Source of the DNA: an uncultured Ignavibacteriaceae bacterium
GTDB taxonomy: Bacteria > Bacteroidota > Ignavibacteria > UBA10030
Length of the DNA stretch: 64,000 bases
Direction of reading: 5' to 3'
NCBI GenBank assembly: GCA_964534125.1
Contig: CAZHOJ010000002.1
Coordinates: 68,696 to 132,695, forward strand
Within the stretch, counting starts at the first letter, position 1. Each line of letters starts with the position of its first letter. A model generated the notes under the pieces. That model saw only the letters and a program-made list of their open reading frames with translations. It was not told the origin of the DNA and did no database searches. This document shows, piece after piece, positions 28,464-38,681 of the stretch. Both the position numbers and the translations under genes were made by a program.

Positions 28464-29993
28464 ATGACGAAGGAACAGGATACACATGCGTCCGGGGCAG
28501 CAGAGGACCTGAACGATCAGATGCAGCGGCGCCGGCATGAACTGGCGGAGCTGAGGGCACAGGGTATCGAACCATACCCGTACGCGTTCGATCGTACTGA
28601 TACTGCGACGGATATCCTCACGCGATTCTCGGATGATGCGCCGCAATGGACGGTCTCTGTGGCCGGACGGATCGTGGCGATCCGCAGAATGGGCAAGGCA
28701 TCGTTCTTCCACCTGCAGGACCACACTGGCAAGATTCAGATCTACCTGAAGCGCGATGACCTCGGAGAGGCATACGCCGCGTTCCGGCTGTATGACCTGG
28801 GGGATATCGTAGGGGTCAGGGGATATGTGTTCCGCACGCGAACGGGTGAGATCAGCGTCCACGCAACGGACCTGATGCTCCTCTCGAAGTCGCTTCGGCC
28901 GCTCCCGGTGGTGAAAGAGCGCGTCGACGAAAACGGGAACCGCATCGTGTTCGACCCGTTGTCCGACAAGGAACTCCGGTACCGCCAACGGTATGTGGAC
29001 CTCATCGCGAATCCCCCCGTCAGAGAGGTGTTCGTTAAGCGCGCACAGATCACCAGCGCGATGCGGAGCTTCCTCGATGAACGTGGCTTCCTTGAGGTCG
29101 AAACACCGGTCCTCCAGCCACTCTACGGTGGCGCGTCAGCCCGTCCGTTCATGACGCACCACAATGCCCTCGACATCGACCTGTTCCTCCGCATCGCCGA
29201 TGAGCTCTACCTGAAGCGTCTCATCGTCGGAGGTTTCGAGGCGGTGTATGAGATCTCGAAGGACTTTCGCAACGAGGGGATGGACCGGAGCCACAATCCG
29301 GAGTTCACGATGCTCGAACTCTACATCGCCTACAAGGATTACTTCTGGATGATGGACCTTGTGGAGGAATTGTTCCGCTCGGTCGCGGAGAAAGTGAACG
29401 GCACGCACGTCCTGACCGTGGGAGGCACGCAGATCGACCTTTCAAAACCTTGGAAGCGCGTGCCCATCCTTGATGCTATCCGGGAAGAAACGGGTGAGGA
29501 CCTCTACGGGAAGAATGCATCGGAGGTCCGGGCCGCCGCCAAACGGCTCGGCATCGGGACCGACGGAGGTGCCAGCCTGGGCGCGCTGATCGACACCATC
29601 TATTCGGACCGTGTTGAACCGAAACTTCAGGAGCCGACATTCGTTCTGGACCACCCGGTCGAAATGTCCCCGCTCGCAAAACGGCATCGGTCGAAGCCCG
29701 GGCTTGTCGAACGGTTCGAGGGGATCATCCTCGGTAAGGAAATGTGCAACGCCTTCTCCGAACTGAACGATCCGCTCGATCAGCGGAGCCGGTTCGAGGA
29801 GCAGATGACGATGCGTTCGCGTGGAGACGAGGAAGCACAGCCCTTCGACGAGGACTTCCTTCGCGCGCTCGAGTATGGCATGCCGCCGACAGCCGGCCTT
29901 GGTATCGGTGTGGACCGGTTTGTGATGCTGATGACGGGGCAGGAATCCATCCGGGATGTCATCCTGTTCCCCCAGATGAAACCGGAGCGATGA
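28464..29993 (+). CDS. lysS: Lysine--tRNA ligase, class II
   Basis: OB anticodon-binding domain followed by class II motifs (FLEVETP, ..[21 protein letters not shown]). Confidence 0.9.
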   Translation: MTKEQDTHASGAAEDLNDQMQRRRHELAELRAQGIEPYPYAFDRTDTATDILTRFSDDAPQWTVSVAGRIVAIRRMGKASFFHLQDHTGKIQIYLKRDDLGEAYAAFRLYDLGDIVGVRGYVFRTRTGEISVHATDLMLLSKSLRPLPVVKERVDENGNRIVFDPLSDKELRYRQRYVDLIANPPVREVFVKRAQITSAMRSFLDERGFLEVETPVLQPLYGGASARPFMTHHNALDIDLFLRIADELYLKRLIVGGFEAVYEISKDFRNEGMDRSHNPEFTMLELYIAYKDYFWMMDLVEELFRSVAEKVNGTHVLTVGGTQIDLSKPWKRVPILDAIREETGEDLYGKNASEVRAAAKRLGIGTDGGASLGALIDTIYSDRVEPKLQEPTFVLDHPVEMSPLAKRHRSKPGLVERFEGIILGKEMCNAFSELNDPLDQRSRFEEQMTMRSRGDEEAQPFDEDFLRALEYGMPPTAGLGIGVDRFVMLMTGQESIRDVILFPQMKPER

Positions 29994-30048
29994 TCAAGGT
30001 ACCGGACATGGATCTTGTGGAAGGGACATACTGTCCAATGAGATCGTC

Positions 30049-30669
30049 ATGAGCCGTGTAGGTGCCGCATGCCTGGTCGCATTGGCAGGAGTCCTGATCG
30101 GGGGGTGTGACGAACATCTTCCTCCTGCGAACGATCCGAACAAGCTTCTGGCAGGCCAGCTCAGTGCTGCTTACGTTCTGACGTCAACCCAGAATGTCAT
30201 TGCCCTGCGCTTGACGATCTACAATATATATGAGGAGGTTGTCGAAGGGAGCACTGCGTTCGATGGGAACCTCACACTTTCACTGCTCAGCGATCCGGCC
30301 GTGACCAGGACATACGACCTGGGGTCGCTGGGGGTCCAGTTTGCAAGGGACTACAATCCCTCGACCCGGTTTCTCCGGCTCATGCCGGGTGATTCCATTG
30401 CCTTCCTTGTGAATTTCAATTTTGTGGATGACAGAGGTCTGCACTTCACGGATATCCTCAACTACTATCCCGATCCCCTTTGTCCGGATCGCGAGGCAAC
30501 GCCGCCACAGACGTACATCGTCCGGGCCGAAGTGTCCGTCTTTCCGCGCATCTCGAAGGTCGTTCCGTCTCCGGTCCTCTATAATCTCTGCCATGTGACA
30601 CAATGGATTCATCCGAACAACTGTCCGACTGTGAACGGACCATTGGATGTTTGTGCCCGGCCACGGTAA
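30049..30669 (+). CDS. Hypothetical lipoprotein
   Basis: Lipobox LIGGC at residues 17-20; immediately upstream of a TonB-dependent receptor gene. Confidence 0.5.
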   Translation: MSRVGAACLVALAGVLIGGCDEHLPPANDPNKLLAGQLSAAYVLTSTQNVIALRLTIYNIYEEVVEGSTAFDGNLTLSLLSDPAVTRTYDLGSLGVQFARDYNPSTRFLRLMPGDSIAFLVNFNFVDDRGLHFTDILNYYPDPLCPDREATPPQTYIVRAEVSVFPRISKVVPSPVLYNLCHVTQWIHPNNCPTVNGPLDVCARPR

Positions 30670-30691
30670 GACTGCAGGAGGCGTTATTTCT

Positions 30692-33211
30692 ATGCGCATC
30701 GCCGTAGTGTGTCTTTTCTGTCTTGTCGCATTTCAAAACGGATCGGCGCAGACCCTTGGTATCATCGAGGGGCTCATCGTCAATCAGGCGACAGAGGAGG
30801 GGCTTGCAGGAGCGAACGTGAGGGTGGAGGGGACCCACTGGGGGGCTGTGTCGGACCCGGAGGGACATTTTGTTGTTCGGTTCATCGTCCCCGGGTCGTA
30901 CACACTGCGCACCACCTATCTGGGATACCGGGAGGTCATCACGAGGGATGTGGTTGTGAATCCCGGAACACGGACGCACGTGCGCGTCGAGCTGGAGGAG
31001 ACGACTCTCGACATGGATCCGGTGGAAGTCATCGCCGTGCGGCCGCTCATCCAGAAGGACCAGGCAACGACGACCTTCAACATCAGCATCGAAAAGCTGG
31101 CATCGCTGCCGGTCTCGTCCGTGAACGAGGTCCTCTCCCTGCAGCCCGGGACGACGCAGGAGGGAAACGTACGGGGAAGCAAGGCGTTCGCGACCGTGTA
31201 TGCCGTCGATGGGTTGACGACATCCGATCTTATTGCGGGTGGGCCGGCACTCAGCCTGCCGCGCAGCGCCATTGCAGGAGTGTCGATACACACCGGCGGC
31301 GTCGAGGCGGAGTTCGGGAACTCCCAGTCCGGCATCGTCAACGTTCTCACGCGCTCAGGCACAGAGTCGCAACAGTATCATCTCCGCTATGAGCGGGATT
31401 CCTGGCTCCCTATGAAGACGTTCCGCCAGCACTCCCATCTCTCCGAGATCGAGATGTCCCTGAGCGGCCCTGTGGTGAGCGACCGCCTTACCTATGTTGC
31501 GTCGGCCGCCTACCACACCGAGGATTCGCAGTGGTGGCAGGACTTCGAGGGTCAGGTGGATTCTCCGGTGATCCAGGAGCTCAACGGTTTCGCCAAGGTC
31601 GAGTTCCTGCCGGGCGAGACGCACAAGACCACGCTCCAGCTTCTCTATACAGGGCGGACGTGGCGGGATTACGAGTTCTCCTGGCGATACAACCTCGGTG
31701 GGCTTCCGGCAAGATCGAAACATGGTCTCCGTGCTGTGCTCACGCACAACTGGACGCCCATTCCAAGGCTCCTTCTCTCGCTGACCACTTCGTTCTTCGG
31801 GCAGCAATCGAAGATCGGGACCGGTAGGAAGGACGACCTTTCCTTCGACCCGTACGAATATGATTTCTTCATGCGCTATGTCGTCGCAGGGAAGCGCGAC
31901 TGGTGGGCAGACACGAAACAGGGGATTGGGACCGTCCGGTTCGACGGGTCGCTCGACGCGGGTGGGGGACACCTGATCAAGGCCGGGGCCGAATTCTCGA
32001 TGTTCGACCTGACCTCGACAGTCGTCAAGACAGAACCACAGGTCAGCTACTATGGGAAGCCGCTGCCGCTCGAACCACCCATCAATACCAGCTACTCGTA
32101 CGGCTACAAGCCGAGGTCGGGGAGTGCCTATCTGCAGGATAAGGTCCAGATCGCGACAGAGGGCTCCATTCTGAGTGTCGGCGTGCGATATGATTTTCTT
32201 GATCCGACCGCACGACGCCCGCTCCTCGAATTTGTCCCTCTGGGAGGGAATGAGTACGAAGAGAATGTCGTCGGATACACTTCCGCCAGGGTCAAACACA
32301 TCGTGAGCCCTCGGCTGTCGTACACGGCACCTTTCAGCGAAGACGGATATGTTTTCGTCAACTACGGACATTACGTTCAGTTCCCGCTGTTCGACTATCT
32401 CTACGGGGGCTTGCACCCTCTGCAGATCAGGCAGGGGACGAAGAACATCCAGGCAGCAAATCCTGATCTCGATCCGGAACGGACGGTCTCATGGGAGATC
32501 GGCGTCAAGCACAGCGTTGCGAACCAGGCATTCGCATCGTTCACGTACTTCCGGAAGAGCATGAAGAACCAGATCGATGCGAAGACGCTCATCCCCTTCG
32601 ACAGTAAGACCGGGGGGGATTACGGCTTCGCCAGCTATGTCAACAATGCCGAGGCGAAAGCGGAAGGGGTGGAGATCCTCGTCTCGAAGGAAGTGGGCCA
32701 GGGCGTACGTGGGACCATCTCGTATACCTTCATGAAGACGGAGGGGGTCGGAGAAACATCAGATGAGAGCATTCTCCTCGCTCAATGGGGATTCACTCCT
32801 CCGGCGCACGCATACCCGCTGTCCTGGGACCAACGGCATGCAGTCAAGGCCGAGGGTGAGATCCTTCTGTTCGGTCTCGTCCGAAGCCACGTCGTGGCCC
32901 TCTACAACTCCGCGCACCCCTACACGTACTACCCCACGCGCGACGGATTCACGCCGCTCGATTCGACGAGAGTGTTCATCATCAACAACGGGCGGATGAA
33001 GGATTTTCTGCTCATCAACGCAAAGTTTACTGTGACGGTCGACCTCGGGTCAGACCGGTCCATGATGATTTTCGCGGATGCCAGGAACCTTCTGAACACA
33101 CGTAACGTACGATGGATGGACTCAAATGGCAGGATCGGCGGCGAGTTGGGTGATCCGAGTGCATACTACGAGCCTCGGAGAGTGCGGCTCGGTTTTGAGG
33201 TACAATGGTAG
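30692..33211 (+). CDS. TonB-dependent outer-membrane receptor with N-terminal CarboxypepD_reg-like domain
   Basis: Signal peptide, CarboxypepD_reg segment (G.V.D..T.EGL.GANV...GT..G..SD..G.F), plug and about 600 aa beta-barrel ending in aromatic W. Confidence 0.85.
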   Translation: MRIAVVCLFCLVAFQNGSAQTLGIIEGLIVNQATEEGLAGANVRVEGTHWGAVSDPEGHFVVRFIVPGSYTLRTTYLGYREVITRDVVVNPGTRTHVRVELEETTLDMDPVEVIAVRPLIQKDQATTTFNISIEKLASLPVSSVNEVLSLQPGTTQEGNVRGSKAFATVYAVDGLTTSDLIAGGPALSLPRSAIAGVSIHTGGVEAEFGNSQSGIVNVLTRSGTESQQYHLRYERDSWLPMKTFRQHSHLSEIEMSLSGPVVSDRLTYVASAAYHTEDSQWWQDFEGQVDSPVIQELNGFAKVEFLPGETHKTTLQLLYTGRTWRDYEFSWRYNLGGLPARSKHGLRAVLTHNWTPIPRLLLSLTTSFFGQQSKIGTGRKDDLSFDPYEYDFFMRYVVAGKRDWWADTKQGIGTVRFDGSLDAGGGHLIKAGAEFSMFDLTSTVVKTEPQVSYYGKPLPLEPPINTSYSYGYKPRSGSAYLQDKVQIATEGSILSVGVRYDFLDPTARRPLLEFVPLGGNEYEENVVGYTSARVKHIVSPRLSYTAPFSEDGYVFVNYGHYVQFPLFDYLYGGLHPLQIRQGTKNIQAANPDLDPERTVSWEIGVKHSVANQAFASFTYFRKSMKNQIDAKTLIPFDSKTGGDYGFASYVNNAEAKAEGVEILVSKEVGQGVRGTISYTFMKTEGVGETSDESILLAQWGFTPPAHAYPLSWDQRHAVKAEGEILLFGLVRSHVVALYNSAHPYTYYPTRDGFTPLDSTRVFIINNGRMKDFLLINAKFTVTVDLGSDRSMMIFADARNLLNTRNVRWMDSNGRIGGELGDPSAYYEPRRVRLGFEVQW

Positions 33212-33373
33212 TGAGGTCCGGAATCCCCTGTGAGCGGCCGCACGGGCCTTTTTGGTATTTCAGTCGAATTCGCGTATTTTATATACTTATACATTTCCGG
33301 AACCCCCAGGGCTCCCGGAAACGCATCTGACCATGATGCCGCCCCGTTGCGGTGCAGAAGGAGGCGAAGCAGT

Positions 33374-35011
33374 ATGAAGCGGCGATTCTCCGTTTCGACA
33401 GTCGTTGTCATCGTCGTTCTCAGCCTTGCAGCAGGCATGAGCATCGAAAAGCTCGTGTCGGCAGACAACATTTTTGAGCAGTTGTCAAAGCTGAAGGACG
33501 TCCTCAGCCTGACTGAGAAGAACTATGTCGAGGATGTCGATATCAAGGAACTGACCGAGGAAGCCATCAAGGGCATGCTGAATACCCTTGATCCGCACAG
33601 TGTCTATATCCCGGCCCGCGCGTTCAGGAGGGTCGAGGAAGAGTTCCGCGGAAAATTTGAGGGAATTGGCGTCTCTTTCCGGGTCATCCGCGACACGATC
33701 ACGGTCGTCGAGCCGGTCGGCGGCGGCCCATCCGCGCAGCTTGGCATTCTGTCGAATGACAGGATTATCATGATCAATGATTCTTCGTCGGTCGGCTTTA
33801 CGGACGAGAAGGTCATGGCAACCCTCCGGGGCCCAAAAGGGAGCAAGGTCAAGGTGACGATCCGGCGGCCGGGTGTGGAACGGCTCCTGGAGTATGAGAT
33901 CATCCGGGATGAGATCCCGCTCTACAGTGTCGATGCCGCCCTCATGGTCACGCCCGACATAGGGTATGTCCGCGTGAACCAGTTCAAGGAGACCACGGCG
34001 AACGAGATGGCGCGTGCCCTCGCAAAGCTACGCCAGGAGGGGATGCGCAACCTCATTCTCGACCTCCGGATGAACGGGGGCGGGTACCTTGATCAGGCCT
34101 TCAGAATGGCAGACTTTTTCCTTGACGGTGGTTCGCCGGAAAGCCCGAGGAAGATCGTCTACACGAAGGCCAGGCGCAAGGAGCTTGAGGAGACATTCTT
34201 TGCACGGTCTGGAGACCAGTACGAGAAGCTTCCGATCGTGATCCTTGTGGACCACGGTTCTGCGAGCGCCAGTGAGATCGTCGCCGGTGCCGTGCAGGAC
34301 TGGGACAGGGGACTCGTCGTCGGTGAGACCACCTTCGGGAAAGGCCTTGTGCAGCGTCAGTACACGCTGGCCGATGGGTCGGCGTTCAGGCTGACGATCG
34401 CACGATACTACACCCCGTCGGGCCGGCTGATCCAGCGCCCGTACGAGGGAAAGGAACGCTCGGAGTACCATACGGAAGCATACGAAAGGGATGAGGAGGA
34501 GGGCGACGATATCGACCACAGGAAAGAGGTGGCGAAGGATTCGACAGCGGAGGTGTTCATGACCGCCGGTGGGCGTCCTGTGCTCGGCGGCGGTGGCATT
34601 GCACCCGATTATGTCGTGAAGCCGGCGAAGGTGACCGAACTGTTCTCGACGATCGCCCGCAGGAACCTTTTCTATGATTATGCGAAGTTCTACATGGAAG
34701 GCCCGGGGCTTTCCCTCCGCAAGCGGTACACGAACGGCGTGATGGCGTTCCAGTCGGGGTACTCGGTCTCCCCTGACATGGTTGCGAAGTTCCGCTCTTT
34801 CATCAGCGAGCAGGGAGTGACGCTCGACGACAAGCAGTTCGAAGAGGACCGTCGATTCATCGAGACGCGCCTGAAAGCTCAGGTCGCACAGACGCTGTAC
34901 GGATATGAAGGCTGGATAGCCGTCATGATGGAGGTCGATGAGCAATTCCAGAAGGCGATCACGCTGTTCCCCGAAGCGCGAAAGATCGCTCGCCTTGAGA
35001 CGGTGGAGTAA
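33374..35011 (+). CDS. S41-family C-terminal processing peptidase (CtpA/Tsp-like) with PDZ domain
   Basis: S41 motifs LDLR.N.GG.L and DHGSASASEI.AGA (Ser/Lys dyad region); N-terminal signal anchor; start taken at MKRRFSV, ignoring the ORF-track upstream extension. Confidence 0.85.
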   Translation: MKRRFSVSTVVVIVVLSLAAGMSIEKLVSADNIFEQLSKLKDVLSLTEKNYVEDVDIKELTEEAIKGMLNTLDPHSVYIPARAFRRVEEEFRGKFEGIGVSFRVIRDTITVVEPVGGGPSAQLGILSNDRIIMINDSSSVGFTDEKVMATLRGPKGSKVKVTIRRPGVERLLEYEIIRDEIPLYSVDAALMVTPDIGYVRVNQFKETTANEMARALAKLRQEGMRNLILDLRMNGGGYLDQAFRMADFFLDGGSPESPRKIVYTKARRKELEETFFARSGDQYEKLPIVILVDHGSASASEIVAGAVQDWDRGLVVGETTFGKGLVQRQYTLADGSAFRLTIARYYTPSGRLIQRPYEGKERSEYHTEAYERDEEEGDDIDHRKEVAKDSTAEVFMTAGGRPVLGGGGIAPDYVVKPAKVTELFSTIARRNLFYDYAKFYMEGPGLSLRKRYTNGVMAFQSGYSVSPDMVAKFRSFISEQGVTLDDKQFEEDRRFIETRLKAQVAQTLYGYEGWIAVMMEVDEQFQKAITLFPEARKIARLETVE

Positions 35012-35026
35012 GGACCGAACGACACA

Positions 35027-35860
35027 GTGATCGTTCTCCTCATCGCACTGATCGCCGGCTCGCCTCACGCGGTGGGGTCCGGCACCGAGGCTCGGTCGGC
35101 TGCCATCGTGCAGGCTCAACCCGATGAGCCTCCGTTGCTGCAGGTCGGTGAAGAGCTCGAGTATATCGTACGATATTCGTTCTTTGATATCGGCAGGATC
35201 CGGTTCCGCATCATCTCCAAGGAGACCCATGCGAACAGGCCGGTGTATCGCGCCGCTGTCTACATGGACTCCGACCCAAGTCTTGGGTGGCTGCTCAATG
35301 TGCATATCCGCTTTTACGGGCTGATGGATTCTCTCATCTTCTCCCATACGTGGCTATCGGAGGATAGCACGGCGAGCGATGTCTCATTTCGGTCGATGCT
35401 CTTCGATTATTCCCGGAATCAGATGCTGTTTACGAAGGGGAATCGGACGTTGGATGGTTTCACGACCGTCACGCAGAGGGATACTGTCGAGATCTCCGGA
35501 CCGTCACAGGACGGGATGTCCCTGTTCTTTTTCGCACGCGAATATGTTCGGTCGTCATGGAAAGTGGATGTTCCCACGTTCATGGACACCAGGGAAGAGC
35601 AGGCACGTATACGATTCACCGGTGAGCGAAGGTCGGTCAGGATCGAGGCAGTTCCGTACCCGATCGAGACAATGTATCTCGACGGCACCGCAGACTTTGT
35701 CGGAGTGTTCGGCGTGACGGGAGATTATGAGGGATGGTTCACCAATGATGCTGCCCGCATCCCTGTTTTCGCAAAGATGAAAGTGGTGCTTGGAAGCGTG
35801 GAAGTAGAGCTTGTCAAATGGACACGGAAGGGTTGGAGTCCCCCCCCGTATGTCAGGTAG
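35027..35860 (+). CDS. DUF3108-like hypothetical protein (secreted)
   Basis: Signal peptide and N-terminal GEELEYIVRY..FDIGRI.F. pattern recalled from DUF3108 family proteins of Bacteroidetes. Confidence 0.45.
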   Translation: MIVLLIALIAGSPHAVGSGTEARSAAIVQAQPDEPPLLQVGEELEYIVRYSFFDIGRIRFRIISKETHANRPVYRAAVYMDSDPSLGWLLNVHIRFYGLMDSLIFSHTWLSEDSTASDVSFRSMLFDYSRNQMLFTKGNRTLDGFTTVTQRDTVEISGPSQDGMSLFFFAREYVRSSWKVDVPTFMDTREEQARIRFTGERRSVRIEAVPYPIETMYLDGTADFVGVFGVTGDYEGWFTNDAARIPVFAKMKVVLGSVEVELVKWTRKGWSPPPYVR

Positions 35861-36389
35861 CGGACCGACTGTCCTTGCGTTCGGAGAGAAGACTCCTGAC
35901 ATTCACCCCAGCGTCCGGATCGCAGATGGTGCTCGGATCCTGGGGGACGTCGTGATAGGTCAGGGGAGCAGCGTGTGGTACAACGCGGTCATTCGCGGCG
36001 ATGTTCACCGGGTGCGGATAGGCGAACGGGTGAACGTCCAGGACAACGCGGTCCTGCATGTGACCCACGATACCGCGCCTCTGCTGATCGGTGACGATGT
36101 TACGATCGGCCATGGAGCGATCGTGCACGGGTGCACTATCGGGAACGGATGTCTCGTCGGAATGGGGGCCATCGTGCTCGATGGAGCTCACATAGGGAAC
36201 AGCTCCCTTGTTGCCGCCGGTAGCATGGTGAGGCAGCACATGAAAGTGCCCGAAGGTGTCCTCGTCGCCGGACATCCGGCGGTCGTGAAGCGGGACCTGA
36301 CACGGCAGGAGCGGGAAGATCTGGCCGCATCTGCAGCGCGCTACGCGGGGTACGCTCACATCTACATTCATACCAATCAGGAGCCCTGA
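35850..36389 (+). CDS. Gamma-class carbonic anhydrase-family / hexapeptide-repeat (LbH) protein
   Basis: Left-handed beta-helix hexapeptide repeats and H..H metal-ligand spacing typical of gamma-CA/YrdA/PaaY. Confidence 0.8.
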   Translation: MSGSGPTVLAFGEKTPDIHPSVRIADGARILGDVVIGQGSSVWYNAVIRGDVHRVRIGERVNVQDNAVLHVTHDTAPLLIGDDVTIGHGAIVHGCTIGNGCLVGMGAIVLDGAHIGNSSLVAAGSMVRQHMKVPEGVLVAGHPAVVKRDLTRQEREDLAASAARYAGYAHIYIHTNQEP

Positions 36390-36393
36390 GCTC

Positions 36394-37293
36394 ATGAAGC
36401 TTACATTTTGGGGTGTGCGAGGTTCCATCCCAACCCCCGGAAATCACACGGTACGGTACGGGGGGAATACCCCATGTCTCGAACTTCGGCTCGACGACGA
36501 CAAGCTCATCATCTTCGATGCGGGAACAGGGATCCGCAGTTTCGGGGATTTCCTGTTGTCCAAGGGAGAGTCGATCAAGGCCCATCTGCTTATCACACAC
36601 CCGCACTGGGACCATATCCAGGGCTTTCCGTTCTTCAAGCCGGCGTTCATCCCGGGGAATGAACTGACGATCGTCGGCACAGAGCGCCCTGAGAAGTCGT
36701 TGAGCGAGATCATCGCGGAACAGATGAACAGGATCTATTTTCCGGTCCAGCTCCACGATCTGAAGGCCAAGATCAAGTTCGTCCCCATACGTGAAGAGGG
36801 GGAGATCCAGATCCACGAAGCCAAGGTCACATACATGTATGTGAACCACCCGGGCTTCACGGTGGGATACCGCGTGGAGTACAAAGGAAAGACCCTCGTG
36901 TATATCAGCGACAACGAGCCATTCGACCAGGAGGCCGCGAAGGGGCTGACGAACTTTGAAACGAGCGTCAAAGAACTGTTCATGGATGTCGAGGGCGACC
37001 CCAACCAGCGGGTGTTCGACTTCTGCAGTGGCGCGGATGTCCTCATCCACGACGCAACCTACTCTCCGGAGGAATACATCGACAGGATCGGCTGGGGGCA
37101 TTCTGATTATCTGTTCACGCTTCGCGTTGCGGCAGAGGCTGACGTGAAGCGGTTGTACCTGTTCCATCACGACCAGAACCACAGCGACGAGAAGGTCGAC
37201 GACATCCTGATGAAATCCCAGCGGGAGGTCAAGAACAGGGGCTATAACTTTTCGTGCGAAGCGGCCATCGAGAACACAACGATCACGATCTAG
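36394..37293 (+). CDS. MBL-fold metallo-hydrolase
   Basis: HxHxDH motif (ITHPHWDHIQG) and downstream His/Asp ligands. Confidence 0.8.
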   Translation: MKLTFWGVRGSIPTPGNHTVRYGGNTPCLELRLDDDKLIIFDAGTGIRSFGDFLLSKGESIKAHLLITHPHWDHIQGFPFFKPAFIPGNELTIVGTERPEKSLSEIIAEQMNRIYFPVQLHDLKAKIKFVPIREEGEIQIHEAKVTYMYVNHPGFTVGYRVEYKGKTLVYISDNEPFDQEAAKGLTNFETSVKELFMDVEGDPNQRVFDFCSGADVLIHDATYSPEEYIDRIGWGHSDYLFTLRVAAEADVKRLYLFHHDQNHSDEKVDDILMKSQREVKNRGYNFSCEAAIENTTITI

Positions 37294-37311
37294 AGGCCGG
37301 ACACAGGGTTC

Positions 37312-37803
37312 ATGAGCGCATTGCTGACTGCAAAGGATCTGAGGAAAATAGAGAAAGTCCTCGGCGTCGAGCCGAAGCGGTCGAAAGGTCTCGTCCGATT
37401 CGAGATCGCTGCCGCACAATCTGCGCGATCGCTTGCGCTCGAGATACACGATGAGGTCAGGATCGGCAGGCGAAAAGGTCCCCTCGTGACGGTCTATACG
37501 CAGAGTGCCCATCTTCAACTGCATTTCTGCACAGGGTATGTGGCGAGCGATTTCCTCGGAGAGGTGACGTTCGTCGGCGAATCACAGGGCATTCTCTCTG
37601 GCCTGACGATCGAACGTGAAGGCGGTTGTTCGTTGTATGCGAACGTCGATCGGTCCGTCCTGTCCGGAGATTTTACGAAGTTGGGACCAGAAGTGATGTT
37701 GTCCGGAGTCGCGTTGTCACTGGTCGAGGATATCCTGCCGGCTCCAAAAGGACCCAAACGCGTCAGACGCGAAGGAAAGCGGAAGGCACACAAACGCGCG
37801 TGA
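37312..37803 (+). CDS. Hypothetical protein, stop overlaps the ybeY start
   Basis: ORF occupies the whole gap between the MBL hydrolase gene and ybeY; its stop TGA overlaps the ybeY GTG; no recognisable motif; Lys/Arg-rich C-terminus. Confidence 0.45.
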   Translation: MSALLTAKDLRKIEKVLGVEPKRSKGLVRFEIAAAQSARSLALEIHDEVRIGRRKGPLVTVYTQSAHLQLHFCTGYVASDFLGEVTFVGESQGILSGLTIEREGGCSLYANVDRSVLSGDFTKLGPEVMLSGVALSLVEDILPAPKGPKRVRREGKRKAHKRA

Positions 37804-38246
37804 AGAGAACCGCAGCGAACCGCGTCAGCATCTCCAATCTGCATCGTTTTTTGCGATTTTCGCCCCGGGAAACCTCGAGGCTGGTCCGGCGTGTTCTCAA
37901 GGGAGAGGGCGCACGGGGCTGGACCCTCGGCGTCGCTCTTGTCGACGATGGGCGAATGAGGGCACTGCATGCACGTTACCTCGGAGGCCGGCGTACGACG
38001 GATGTGCTTTCCTTCGTGTATGACGATGCCGTTTCGAAGGAAGGAGAGGTCGTCGTCTGCCTGGATCAGGCGAGGCGGCAGGCCCCCGAGTACGGAGCAA
38101 CGTATTCAGAGGAAGTGGCGCGGCTTGTCATGCACGGTGTGTTGCACCTGCTCGGATACGATGACCATCGCCCGAAGCTGCGGGCGGTGATGAAGGAACG
38201 TGAGGACACGTATGTGAGGGAGGCATATGCACGAACGCGTCGTTGA
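37800..38246 (+). CDS. ybeY: Endoribonuclease YbeY (rRNA maturation factor)
   Basis: Zinc-binding H..H.....H motif HGVLHLLGYDH near the C-terminus; GTG start overlapping the upstream stop. Confidence 0.85.
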   Translation: MKRTAANRVSISNLHRFLRFSPRETSRLVRRVLKGEGARGWTLGVALVDDGRMRALHARYLGGRRTTDVLSFVYDDAVSKEGEVVVCLDQARRQAPEYGATYSEEVARLVMHGVLHLLGYDDHRPKLRAVMKEREDTYVREAYARTRR

Positions 38247-38676
38247 ACTTCTGGTATACCTGATGGGAGAGCTGCGCTCACAAGGGCAGTTCGGGGACCT
38301 CGACGTCCCTGCGCTCGTACGGCAAGGGTATACTGACGCTGAGATTACGACTGCATTTGCGTGGCTGTTCGATGCGCTCGAGACACGCGGACGCGAACGA
38401 GGAAAGACCAGGGAGGAAGGCTCTGTGAGGATCCTTCATCCGGTCGAGCTCTCCGTGCTCAAACCCGAGGGGTACGGGTACCTGCTGCAATGTTTCGAGC
38501 TGGCCATGCTCTCTTCGGAGGAGGTCGAGCTGGTGATCGAGCGCCTCATGATGTCGGGCATCAGTGAGGCGAACATGGACGATGTGAAGCGGGTCATCGC
38601 GTCGGTCCTTTTTGAAACTGACCGGCCGGAAGAGGGCGGATATACCGTGCTCGGACCAAAGGATTCAATACACTAG
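38227..38676 (+). CDS. smg: Smg protein (DUF494 family)
   Basis: Collinear similarity to E. coli Smg (VVELLVYLMGEL vs MFDVLMYLFETY; LHPVELSVLKPEGYGYLLQCFEL vs [22 protein letters not shown]) and conserved position immediately upstream of topA. Confidence 0.65.
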   Translation: MHERVVELLVYLMGELRSQGQFGDLDVPALVRQGYTDAEITTAFAWLFDALETRGRERGKTREEGSVRILHPVELSVLKPEGYGYLLQCFELAMLSSEEVELVIERLMMSGISEANMDDVKRVIASVLFETDRPEEGGYTVLGPKDSIH

Positions 38677-38681
38677 GATAC

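Noticed and set aside
33230-33373. N-terminal extension of the S41 peptidase ORF (MSGRTGLFGIS...)
   Set aside because: The extension is Arg/Pro-rich and precedes a clear Met plus signal-anchor start at 33374. Sequence at 33238-33265 looks like a weak hairpin with a T5 run (NotI-site palindrome GCGGCCGC plus GGGCCTTTTT), more consistent with a terminator for the upstream receptor gene.
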